Translations under genes and position numbers: made by a program | Notes under the pieces: model-generated | The model's database searches: none | The model's input: the letters and a program-made list of their open reading frames with translations, nothing else | Told to the model about the DNA's origin: nothing | Shown: piece by piece, positions 27,991 through 35,754 of the stretch | Numbering within the stretch: the stretch's first letter is position 1 | Layout: every line of letters starts with the position of its first letter | Origin: Candidatus Dormiibacterota bacterium | GTDB taxonomy: Bacteria; Chloroflexota; Dormibacteria; Dormibacterales; Dormibacteraceae | Direction of reading: 5' to 3' | DNA: 46,064 nt | Assembly (NCBI GenBank): GCA_036378395.1 | Contig: DASUWN010000023.1 | Location: forward strand, 1-46,064

Positions 27991-29258
27991 CCAAAGCCCG
28001 TGATCTCCGGCTGGGCCTGGCGGACCGGATAGAAGACCGGACCCGCCATCACCTCCACGATGTCCATCCCGTACGGCCCCAGCCAGGTTCCTCCGGAGAG
28101 CACCTCCCAGGAGCGGGCGTAGGTGATGATCGCCGAGACCGGGTAGCCGCCCGCCGACTGGGTCTGGTAGCGATGGACGACGGTGGCCGGCATCGGATAA
28201 GCCTGTCCAAACCCGGCCGGGACCGAGTAGAAGTCCTCCCCGCCATCGCCGAAAACCCAGGTCACCTGCTCGGGCCGCGAAGAGACCACGTACTCGGTCG
28301 AACCTACGTACTCGACGTTGTAAACGCTGGCCGGGCGCGGCGAAAGCCAAAAGTAGGAGTCGAGTCCGGTTAGTCCTGCCGGCCACGGGTTGATCTGAAC
28401 GCTCGGCGGCGGTGGCGCCGGTGGTGGTGGCGGCGGCGCCAGGACCGAGCCACAGGCGACCTGGTCGCCGGTCCCATTGCCGAGGGCGTCGAAGGCGCTG
28501 ACATGGACGCAGGCCGTCTGTCCCGCGGCCAACCCGGAGGCGGTCAGCGCCCGAGGATAGGGCGTAGCCGCGTACTGTTGGGGCGGTCCGCCGTTGACGG
28601 TCACCCAGGACAGAAAGTGATCGAACCCGGCGACAAAGTAGTCGGCGCCCGCGCCGTCGCCGCGATCGCTGACCGGTCCCCAGCTGAAGCTGACCGAGCT
28701 GGTCGTGACCCCGATGACCACTGGGACCGGCGGGTTGGGTGGCACCGAGTCGACATAGATGTCGACCACCGGCCACCCGTAGACGTCGGCCATGTACGGC
28801 GGAGGACCCCCGGCGCCGAAGTAGCCGTACCCGCAGCTGCCGCCGAAGGTCCAGTTGTAGTAGCCCACGAACTGCTTCGCGTGACCGTGCACCTGCCAGC
28901 CGAAGTCGGCGAAGTTCCAGTGGCCCGGAGGACCGCCGTAGTAGCTGGTCGTGATGTAGTGCCAGCCGGAGTCGTCGCCAGGATGGCCGGCGAAGTCCCC
29001 GTACCAGTACCCGTACCACTGGTCCCAGCCGGGGTCGTAGTGGATGCCCCAGAAGGTGTCCCGCTCGGGGTTGTTGGGCACCGAAGGGTCGTTGGTGACG
29101 ACGGAGGTATAGGTGTAGGGCAAGAACGAGTACCAGGGACAGAACCCCCAGGGATCGCCATAGGCGGAGCCCCAGCTGCTGGCCGCCACCTCGCGCGTGG
29201 CGGTCAATGAGCTGAGGCCCCACAGAAGCCCGATCAGCAGGACCGCCACCCGGCGCAT
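27987..29258 (-). CDS. secreted protein: Trp/Tyr/Gly-rich N-domain, FN3-like, poly-Pro linker, PKD-like C-domain; function unknown
   Basis: Signal peptide MRRVAVLLIGLLWGLSSLTA. WDQWYGYWYGDFAGHPGDDSGWHY, VSFSWGPVSD, PPPPPPAPPPP, VTWVFGDGG...VVHRY. Start trimmed to ATG 29258. Confidence 0.65.
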   Translation of the reverse strand: MRRVAVLLIGLLWGLSSLTATREVAASSWGSAYGDPWGFCPWYSFLPYTYTSVVTNDPSVPNNPERDTFWGIHYDPGWDQWYGYWYGDFAGHPGDDSGWHYITTSYYGGPPGHWNFADFGWQVHGHAKQFVGYYNWTFGGSCGYGYFGAGGPPPYMADVYGWPVVDIYVDSVPPNPPVPVVIGVTTSSVSFSWGPVSDRGDGAGADYFVAGFDHFLSWVTVNGGPPQQYAATPYPRALTASGLAAGQTACVHVSAFDALGNGTGDQVACGSVLAPPPPPPAPPPPSVQINPWPAGLTGLDSYFWLSPRPASVYNVEYVGSTEYVVSSRPEQVTWVFGDGGEDFYSVPAGFGQAYPMPATVVHRYQTQSAGGYPVSAIITYARSWEVLSGGTWLGPYGMDIVEVMAGPVFYPVRQAQPEITGFG

Positions 29259-29462
29259 GCACGCACTCTCGGCCCTCGCGAGCGCGAGTGGAACCCCTGT
29301 TAAGACCCGGCCTTTACAACCCGACGTGGGCGCCCATACTGCCCGCACTTTCCGGGGGGACATGGGGGGAGGATGGCAATCAAGGGCCTGCTCAACTCGG
29401 CGTTGGGTTGGTGGCGATGCTGGTCCTCGTCGGCTGCATGACTGTGAACTAGCAGGCTGATG

Positions 29463-29499
29463 AAAAAGCCTCGCGCGCATGCGCGTGCGCGCGCGAGGC
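29463..29499 (-). terminator. hairpin plus T5 inside the IS left end (terminator-like on the minus strand)
   Basis: GCCTCGCGCGC-(loop)-GCGCGCGAGGC followed on the minus strand by TTTTT. It lies between the IS interior and the left IR. Confidence 0.4.
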
Positions 29500-29559
29500 C
29501 CTAAACTGCCAGCAACTCGTCTCCCGCTTCGTCCTCATCCACGTCCTCCAGGAGGCAGC

Positions 29560-30684
29560 ATGCGCGGCTCGACCACCCGCCAGGTCACCTTGCTCACCGT
29601 CACAGCCGACGACCTAATCCCCCCAGACCACCCGATCCGGCGCGTGAAGCCGTTCGTGGAAGCCGCACTCGCACAGCTGAGCCCCGTCTTCGACGAGATG
29701 TACGCCGAGAGCGGCCGACCCTCGATCCCACCCGAGCACCTGCTCAAGGCCTGCCTGCTGATGGCCTTCTATTCGATCCGGAGCGAGCGTCAGTTCTGCG
29801 AGCGGCTGCAATATGACCTGCTCTTCAAGTGGTTCCTGGACCTCAATGTCGAGGATCCCGCCTTCGACCAGAGCACCTTCGCCAAGAACCGAGAGCGGCT
29901 GCTCGACCACGACGTCAGCCGGCGCTTTTTCGAGGCGGTCCTCGAGCTCGCCCGCCAGCAGCACTTGCTCTCCAACCAGCACTTCACGGTTGACGGCACC
30001 CTGCTCGAATCCTGGGCCTCGCTCAAGAGTTTCAAGCCTCGCGGTCCCAACCTGGGCGGCCAGCGCAAGCCGAAGCGGGGAGGCCGGCGACCACCGCCTC
30101 CAGGCAGCAACCCCGAGGTCAACTTCCACGGGGAGAAGCGAAGCAACCAGACTCATATCTCAACCACCGACCCCGAAGCCAGGCTGGCCCGCAAAGGCCT
30201 CGGCAAGGAGGCCAAGCTGAGCTTCGCCGCCCATCTCTTGATGGAGAACCGCAACGGGCTCGCTGTTGACGTCCTGGTCACCGAAGCGACTGGGACCGCG
30301 GAGAGGGATGCCGGCGTCGTCATGGTCAGCAAGCTGCGCCAGCGGCATCCCGGCCGGCGACTGACGGTCGGCGCCGACAAGAACTACGACACCGAGAACT
30401 TCGTCAACCAGATGCGCGAGCTCAAGGTCATTCCCCACGTCGCTCAGAACATCACCGATTTCCGGGGCAGCCGGATTCCCTACCGCATCGCCAACCAGCC
30501 CGGGTACGCCATCAGCCAGCGGATGCGCAAACGGATCGAGGAGATCTTCGGCTGGCTGAAGACGGTCGCTGGTGGCCGGAAGCTCAGATATCGCGGGATG
30601 AGACGAAACCAGCTCTGGGCCGACATAGCCACCGCCGCCTTCAACCTGGTCAGAATCGGAAACCTCATGGCGGAGCCTGCATAG
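29560..30684 (+). CDS. IS5-family DDE transposase
   Basis: AGGAGG 5 nt before the ATG. InsH-type N-domain (PPEHLLKACLLMAFYSIRSERQFCERLQYDLLFKWFL). Candidate DDE residues in FTVDGTLLESWAS, TVGADKNYD and RKRIEEIFGWLK. Confidence 0.88.
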   Translation: MRGSTTRQVTLLTVTADDLIPPDHPIRRVKPFVEAALAQLSPVFDEMYAESGRPSIPPEHLLKACLLMAFYSIRSERQFCERLQYDLLFKWFLDLNVEDPAFDQSTFAKNRERLLDHDVSRRFFEAVLELARQQHLLSNQHFTVDGTLLESWASLKSFKPRGPNLGGQRKPKRGGRRPPPPGSNPEVNFHGEKRSNQTHISTTDPEARLARKGLGKEAKLSFAAHLLMENRNGLAVDVLVTEATGTAERDAGVVMVSKLRQRHPGRRLTVGADKNYDTENFVNQMRELKVIPHVAQNITDFRGSRIPYRIANQPGYAISQRMRKRIEEIFGWLKTVAGGRKLRYRGMRRNQLWADIATAAFNLVRIGNLMAEPA

Positions 30685-30854
30685 ATGGCAACCAAACAGC
30701 GTTTGCCAGCCCGGATCGTGAGCCCGGGCGCCGCTCTTGAGCGCCTCCAGTGGGTGCCTCAGAGCGCTATCGCTGTCGGCGTCGACACCTTCGGCGCCCG
30801 TTCTCACGGCATTAGGCCCCGCAAGCGCCTGCCGGGCGGTTGTTCATCACCCTG

Positions 30855-30949
30855 CTAGTTGCCTGTAACGGTTGGATGGGCTGCAGGCCGCAGGCGCCCG
30901 GCCGGCTGGGACGTCGGATGCGGTCCATCTAGCCGGTAAAGGCATCTAG
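30855..30949. mobile_element. MITE-like element, family B, short copy (95 bp; internal ~120-bp deletion)
   Basis: Equals 39396-39610 minus the segment between two GCCGCAGGCGC direct repeats. The left CTAG is shared with the IS right end. The right CTAG contains the epimerase stop. The right terminus is degenerate. Confidence 0.75.
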
Positions 30950-31863
30950 GGCGTCGAAGTACTGACGCCCTGCGGCGCCGGAGCCAGCGAGCGGTACCAG
31001 GCCGCCAGCTCGGCGACCCCTTCCGCGAAGCTGCCGACCTGCGGCGACCAGGTCAGCTCGCGGCGGCTGCGCCCGCCCTCCAGCCGCCGCGGCTTGGCCA
31101 GCAGGTCCAGGCTCAGGTGGCTGGGCCAGCACTCGCTTCCGACCGCGGTGCGCAGCTCGCGCAGAGAGGCGCCCAGGTAAGCCAGGTCGTAGGGCACCGA
31201 TCCGATCCGCGGGGCGACTCCGAGCACGGCCGCCGCCGCCTCCAGCAGCTCGCGCCACGTCCCCTCGAAGCCGGACACCAGGTAGGTGGCGCCTGGCCGG
31301 CCGCGCTGCGCCGCCGCGGCGAGGGCCCGGCCCAGGTCAGGCCCGGCCAGGAAGCTGTGCGGGACGCGGCCCGCCTCGGGCAGCTTCAGGTGGCCGCCCT
31401 CGAGTTCGGCCAGCAGCCGCGCCAGCAGCCGGTCGTGGCCGCCGAAGCCGGTCGCCGGCCGGACCACCACCAGTTCGAGCGCGCCCCGGTTGAGCCGCAG
31501 CCACTCCTCCTCGCGCCGCTTCAGCTTCTCGTAGGCGTGAACGGGCCGCGGCTCCGACGCCTCGGTGAGCGCCATCGCCTCGGGATGGTCGGCGCCGTAG
31601 ACCAGCGCGGAGCTGAGGTGCACCAGACGCCGCACACCGGCCTGGCTGCAGGCGCCGAGGACCCGTGGCAGCAGGGGGTGCGGCTGGCGCATGACGCGCA
31701 GCTTGGTGCCCGCGTCCCAGGTCGGGGCGGCCACGATCACGACCTCAGCGCCCGAGGCCGCCGCCTCCAGGTCGCCGTCGGGGTCGACTGCTCTCGCCTC
31801 CGGCAGCGCTCTGAGGGCGTGGCGCCCGGCGTACTCCGAGGCACCGATCACGAGCGTATTCAT
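30946..31863 (-). CDS. NAD-dependent epimerase/dehydratase-family (extended SDR) protein
   Basis: MNTLVIGASEYAG, HLSSALVYG, YEKLK (YxxxK). ATGA overlap with the upstream gene. Confidence 0.65.
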   Translation of the reverse strand: MNTLVIGASEYAGRHALRALPEARAVDPDGDLEAAASGAEVVIVAAPTWDAGTKLRVMRQPHPLLPRVLGACSQAGVRRLVHLSSALVYGADHPEAMALTEASEPRPVHAYEKLKRREEEWLRLNRGALELVVVRPATGFGGHDRLLARLLAELEGGHLKLPEAGRVPHSFLAGPDLGRALAAAAQRGRPGATYLVSGFEGTWRELLEAAAAVLGVAPRIGSVPYDLAYLGASLRELRTAVGSECWPSHLSLDLLAKPRRLEGGRSRRELTWSPQVGSFAEGVAELAAWYRSLAPAPQGVSTSTP

Positions 31864-32792
31864 GGCGACCCGCCGCGATCGTAGCTGCCGGGGCTTTCCG
31901 TGTCTCCTCCGCGACGCCGCAGCAGGCCCCTGAAGAGGCCCGACATCCAGCCCGGACGCCGCGCTTGGGCGGGCCGGCCGAAGGCGTGCAGGATGCCGGT
32001 ACGGACCGATTCGAGGATGCGCTGGACCCGCCGGTTGACCTCCCACCAGCTCGGTGGATCGGGCCGGATGGGCGGCCCGATGGAGACGGTCACCTCGCCG
32101 AACGGGCGCAGCCGGTCGATGCCGGTGATGGCGACCGGACAGATCGGCACGCCGGCCTGGAGCGCGAAATGGGCGACGCCCTTCTTGAGCGGCTTGAGGG
32201 CCCGCCCGCGCGAGTAGTGGCCCTCGGGAAAGATCAGGATGTTGCCGCCTCGGCGGAGGACCTGGTAGACGGTGGCGACGCCGCGCTCGTCGAGGTCGCC
32301 GCGCAGCGGCTGGATCGGGAACACGCCGAACCTGGGCACCAGCCGCCGCTTCCAGCGGCGGTTGAAGACGGTGTCGCGACGGGCCATCGTGTACACCATC
32401 GGACGCCGCGGGAAGACGGCCACGATGAAGGCGGTGTCGAACCAGGCCTGGTGGTTGGCGGCGATGATGAAGGGCGGCGGCGGCAGGTTCTCGAGCCCCT
32501 CGACCCGGGTCCGAAAGAGCGTGAAGACCAGGAATCGGACCACGGTGACAGCCAGCCGGTAGAGCCAGGGCGGGTCATACGGTTCGGGGTGCGCCAGCTC
32601 CTCGAAGGGCGGTGCCGGCTGGCGGCCGGCGCCGACCGCCTGTCGATACTCCGGGCCCTGATAGAGCCCGCCGGAAGGCCCGGGCTCGGGCGGCCGCTCC
32701 AGCTCGCCGGGGAGGTCGGCGGGCTGGGTGGCGACAACCGGCAAAGCCGGGTCGGCATCAGAGGAACCGGCTGAGGACTCGGTTGAACTCAT
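31860..32792 (-). CDS. lysophospholipid / 1-acyl-glycerol-3-phosphate acyltransferase (PlsC family)
   Basis: HX4D motif NHQAWFD, FPEGHYSRG, VPICPVAI. Confidence 0.8.
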   Translation of the reverse strand: MSSTESSAGSSDADPALPVVATQPADLPGELERPPEPGPSGGLYQGPEYRQAVGAGRQPAPPFEELAHPEPYDPPWLYRLAVTVVRFLVFTLFRTRVEGLENLPPPPFIIAANHQAWFDTAFIVAVFPRRPMVYTMARRDTVFNRRWKRRLVPRFGVFPIQPLRGDLDERGVATVYQVLRRGGNILIFPEGHYSRGRALKPLKKGVAHFALQAGVPICPVAITGIDRLRPFGEVTVSIGPPIRPDPPSWWEVNRRVQRILESVRTGILHAFGRPAQARRPGWMSGLFRGLLRRRGGDTESPGSYDRGGSP

Positions 32793-33630
32793 CGGGCCTC
32801 TCGGCCTGCGGCGTGTGGCCGGCGCCCTCGATCACCGCCAGCTGCGACCCCGGCAGCTCGCGGTGGGCGCGCGTGGCGTGGGCGAGCGGGAACAGCGGGT
32901 CCGCCGAGCCCCAGACCAGGAGCACCGGCACCTTGATCTGGCGCAGCCGCGGGGTGAGGTCGTGGCGGCCGAAGACGGCCGAAGGCCGGACCATCGAGCG
33001 CACCGTCGCCAGGTAGGCGTCGGCGTAGCCCTCCGCCGAGTACATCTCGCGCAGGAGCTCGAGGTAGCTGTCGTCCATCGTCCGCTCGAGGTCGGCGGCG
33101 GCACCCGTGTAGCGCGAGGCGAAATGCCGGATCACACCCGCCGGGGCGCGGTTGACCGCCTCCCGGGCGACCCGCATCGCCGCCTCCCCAACTCTCGGCA
33201 GCATCACCAGTGGATAGACGAGCTGCACCTGTGGCCGGCCCAGGCCGAGCGAGTTGACGAGCACCAGCTTGCTGACGCGGGTCCTGAATTCGAGTGCCAG
33301 CTCGAGGGCTACCCGGCCGCCCATCGAGGTCCCCACCACGGCCACTGACCGCTGCCCGATCGCGTCCAGGTAGCGAAGCAGCGTGCGCGCGAAGAGCGGA
33401 ATCCCGTAGCGAGCGGTGCGCGGCTTGTCGGTGCGGCCAAAGCCGGGGAGGTCGGGAGCCAGCACCCGGTGCGAGCGCGCCAGCGGCGCGAGGTTGAAGC
33501 GCCACTCGATGTAGCCCGAGGACCCGAGGCCGTGGATGAAGAGCACCGGCGAGCCCCGACCGCCGTAGGTGTGGTGCACCTGCAGCCGCCCGACCGTGAC
33601 GAAGCCCGAATGCAGCGCCGGCGGGCTCAC
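32758..33630 (-). CDS. alpha/beta-fold hydrolase
   Basis: VLFIHGLGSSG, nucleophile elbow GTSMGG, GAGHTPQAE. Confidence 0.8.
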   Translation of the reverse strand: MSPPALHSGFVTVGRLQVHHTYGGRGSPVLFIHGLGSSGYIEWRFNLAPLARSHRVLAPDLPGFGRTDKPRTARYGIPLFARTLLRYLDAIGQRSVAVVGTSMGGRVALELALEFRTRVSKLVLVNSLGLGRPQVQLVYPLVMLPRVGEAAMRVAREAVNRAPAGVIRHFASRYTGAAADLERTMDDSYLELLREMYSAEGYADAYLATVRSMVRPSAVFGRHDLTPRLRQIKVPVLLVWGSADPLFPLAHATRAHRELPGSQLAVIEGAGHTPQAERPDEFNRVLSRFL

Positions 33631-34457
33631 GGCAGGATGACCGTCAGCCCGTTGGGGATCGCCTCGATGTCGGCGGGCGTGCTGCCGGCGCGCGCCGCGT
33701 CGGCGTGGACATGCATCGGTGGATCGGTCTCGATCCGGACGTGGCGCACGCGATAGGCCTGCACGCCCTTCGGCGGCTGGCCGCGGACGACCGCCTCCAG
33801 CACCCGGGCGGGTACACCCAGCTTGGTGCCGCCGTCGATCGCCAGGTCCAGGTAGGGCATCTCGGGAGTCGTCTCTCCAACCGGCATTCGGGCTCCGGTG
33901 TAGGGCGTGTTGGCGACGACGATCGTCACGGCTTCCCCACTCAGCTCGACGTCGCCGGAAACGCGGAAGGGGAAGCGCTGGCCGGAAGCCACCGCCGCCA
34001 GCGCGTCCAGCACCTCGCCGTAGTGGAGGTCCTTGGCGGCCTCGCCCAGCGCGATCGAGTCGCCGAAGAGCCCGATCGCGGCCGCCTCCAGGAAGAGATT
34101 GCCGTTGACCTGGCCGATGGTCACCCCTCGGGGCTGCCCGGTCTTGATGACGCCGATCGCGGCGTCAAGCTCGGTCGGCAGGTCGAGGCTGCGTGCGAAG
34201 TTGTTGAAGGTTCCCATCGGGACCACGCCGAAGGCGTGGGTGGTGCCGGCCAGCCGCCGGGCGACCGCGGCGATCGTGCCGTCGCCACCGCAGGCGATGA
34301 CCAGCGAGCGGCCGGGCAAGCTCCGGATCTGGTCGCTGTCGGGCGGGAAGTGGACGACCTCGCATTCGGGGAACTCGCGCCGCAGCCGCTCCATCACGGC
34401 GTCGGTCACCGCGCCCGCCCCCGGATTCACGATCAGCAGCCGAGCGCGGGCGGTCAC
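33627..34457 (-). CDS. diacylglycerol/lipid kinase-family protein (DagK/YegS-like)
   Basis: LLIVNPGAGA, ACGGDGTIAAVA, GTFNNFARSL. Start trimmed to GTG 34457. GTGA overlap with the downstream gene. Confidence 0.8.
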   Translation of the reverse strand: MTARARLLIVNPGAGAVTDAVMERLRREFPECEVVHFPPDSDQIRSLPGRSLVIACGGDGTIAAVARRLAGTTHAFGVVPMGTFNNFARSLDLPTELDAAIGVIKTGQPRGVTIGQVNGNLFLEAAAIGLFGDSIALGEAAKDLHYGEVLDALAAVASGQRFPFRVSGDVELSGEAVTIVVANTPYTGARMPVGETTPEMPYLDLAIDGGTKLGVPARVLEAVVRGQPPKGVQAYRVRHVRIETDPPMHVHADAARAGSTPADIEAIPNGLTVILP

Positions 34458-34469
34458 TATGTTGGGAGT

Positions 34470-35189
34470 ATGGCGATGGCCGCCGCGCAGCCGGAAGGCC
34501 CGCTCCGCCGCGCGGCGCTGCGCGTGCTGCCGCGGCGCCGGGAGACGCTCGACGCCCGCCTCTACATGCTCGTCAACCGGCTTCCCCATCCGCCGTCCGG
34601 CGACGAGTACATCGAGCTCCTTTCCGACCTCGGCAAGGGCGCGGGCTGGGTGACGGCGAGTGCCTGGCTGGCGATCCGCGACGGCGCCCGCGGCCGGCGC
34701 GCCGGGCTGGCCGCGACCGCCGCCATGTTCGCCTCGGTGGCGCTGGTCCAGGGGCCGCTCAAGCAGGTCTTCCGCCGCCGCCGCCCCTTCAAGCGGCGGC
34801 TGGCGATCGTGGTCGGGCGCGAGCCGGTCGACTCTTCATTCCCCTCCGGCCATACCGCCGGGTCCTTCGCCGCGGCTACCGCCCTCGCTGCGTTCTATCC
34901 CGCCGAGCGCCCGCTGCTGCTGCTCTTCGCGGGCGCGGTCGGAGCCAGCCGCGTCTACCTCGGTCACCACTTCCCGAGCGACGTGCTGGTCGGGGCCGTG
35001 ATCGGCTCCGCCATCGGCGGCGCCTCAGCCCGGCTCGCGGCTCTCCCTCCGCGGCTCAGGCAGCCCGCCGATCTCCTCCCCGCCGCTGAAGCGCCGTCCC
35101 CCCGCCGTCACCGCCCCCGCCCCGTGCGCCGTCCACTGCACACCGTCCCATACGGCGGCCGTAGCTTCGTCGAGTCCGAGGAGGCTTAA
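34470..35189 (+). CDS. PAP2-family lipid phosphatase
   Basis: KQVFRRRRP, PSGHTAG, SRVYLGHHFPSD (the three PAP2 motifs). Start taken at ATG 34470. The 3' end overlaps the convergent S51 gene by 165 nt. Confidence 0.85.
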   Translation: MAMAAAQPEGPLRRAALRVLPRRRETLDARLYMLVNRLPHPPSGDEYIELLSDLGKGAGWVTASAWLAIRDGARGRRAGLAATAAMFASVALVQGPLKQVFRRRRPFKRRLAIVVGREPVDSSFPSGHTAGSFAAATALAAFYPAERPLLLLFAGAVGASRVYLGHHFPSDVLVGAVIGSAIGGASARLAALPPRLRQPADLLPAAEAPSPRRHRPRPVRRPLHTVPYGGRSFVESEEA

Positions 35190-35729
35190 ACCGGGCGGCG
35201 CGTTCTCGACGTTCCAGCGCCAGAAGCGCTCGTAGTGCGGCACCACCGCGACTCCAGGGACAAGGCCCAGGGCCGGCTTCAGGCGACGTTCCTCATGGTG
35301 CGGCCAGCGCGCCATCACCAGCGTCGACTCGGCCATCGCCATCGCGCCCGCCGAGGACCCGGCGAGGGCGGCTCCCGCCCGCCAGGCCGCCACGATCGCG
35401 GCCCACACCCGCGTGTCGTGGAGTGCGTCCACCACCAGCCCGGGGTCGCCGCCCACCAGGTAGAAGAAGGTGCCCCCTTCTGCCTCGACCACCAGCCGTC
35501 CCGCCTGGGCGTCGCGCCGCTTGAGCACCGGCAGCTCGCGCACTTCGAGGCCGAGCCGCGCAAACCAGGCGACCGCGTTGGCGACCGCGCGGTCTGGACC
35601 CTGGCGGGCGGCCGCGGTTGGGACCACGAAGGCGGGGCCGGCGCCCCCCGCCTCGACCAGCTGCTCGTCCTGCGGCTCGTTGCCGGGGCGGAACTCGTTG
35701 CCGCCGTTAAGCACCAGCAGTCCCTCCAT
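35025..35729 (-). CDS. peptidase S51 / cyanophycinase-like (class I glutamine-amidotransferase-like fold)
   Basis: LLVLNGGNEF, FFYLVGGDP, GSSAGAMAM. Start trimmed to ATG 35729. Confidence 0.6.
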   Translation of the reverse strand: MEGLLVLNGGNEFRPGNEPQDEQLVEAGGAGPAFVVPTAAARQGPDRAVANAVAWFARLGLEVRELPVLKRRDAQAGRLVVEAEGGTFFYLVGGDPGLVVDALHDTRVWAAIVAAWRAGAALAGSSAGAMAMAESTLVMARWPHHEERRLKPALGLVPGVAVVPHYERFWRWNVENAPPGLSLLGLDEATAAVWDGVQWTAHGAGAVTAGGRRFSGGEEIGGLPEPRRESREPG

Positions 35730-35754
35730 TTGAGCCTCAGTACGATAGGCCGGA

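Larger units (their letters stand above)
29449..30858 (+). mobile_element. IS5-superfamily (IS5/IS1182-type) insertion sequence, 1410 bp, apparently intact
   Basis: Terminal inverted repeats CTAGCAGGCTGATGAA / TTCATCACCCTGCTAG, a single DDE transposase ORF, CTAG at both ends. Confidence 0.85.

Noticed and set aside
27208-29262. 684-aa Arg/Gly/Leu-rich ORF on the minus strand
   Set aside because: It is an alternative frame of the real secreted-protein gene (27987-29258) and is antisense to DinB. Its composition is that of an out-of-frame high-GC ORF.
29373-29441. 22-codon ORF (MAIKGLLNSALGWWRCWSSSAA) between the secreted-protein gene and the IS
   Set aside because: The GGAGG directly abuts the ATG with no spacer. 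The ORF has no conservation evidence and ends at the IS junction. I treated it as noise.
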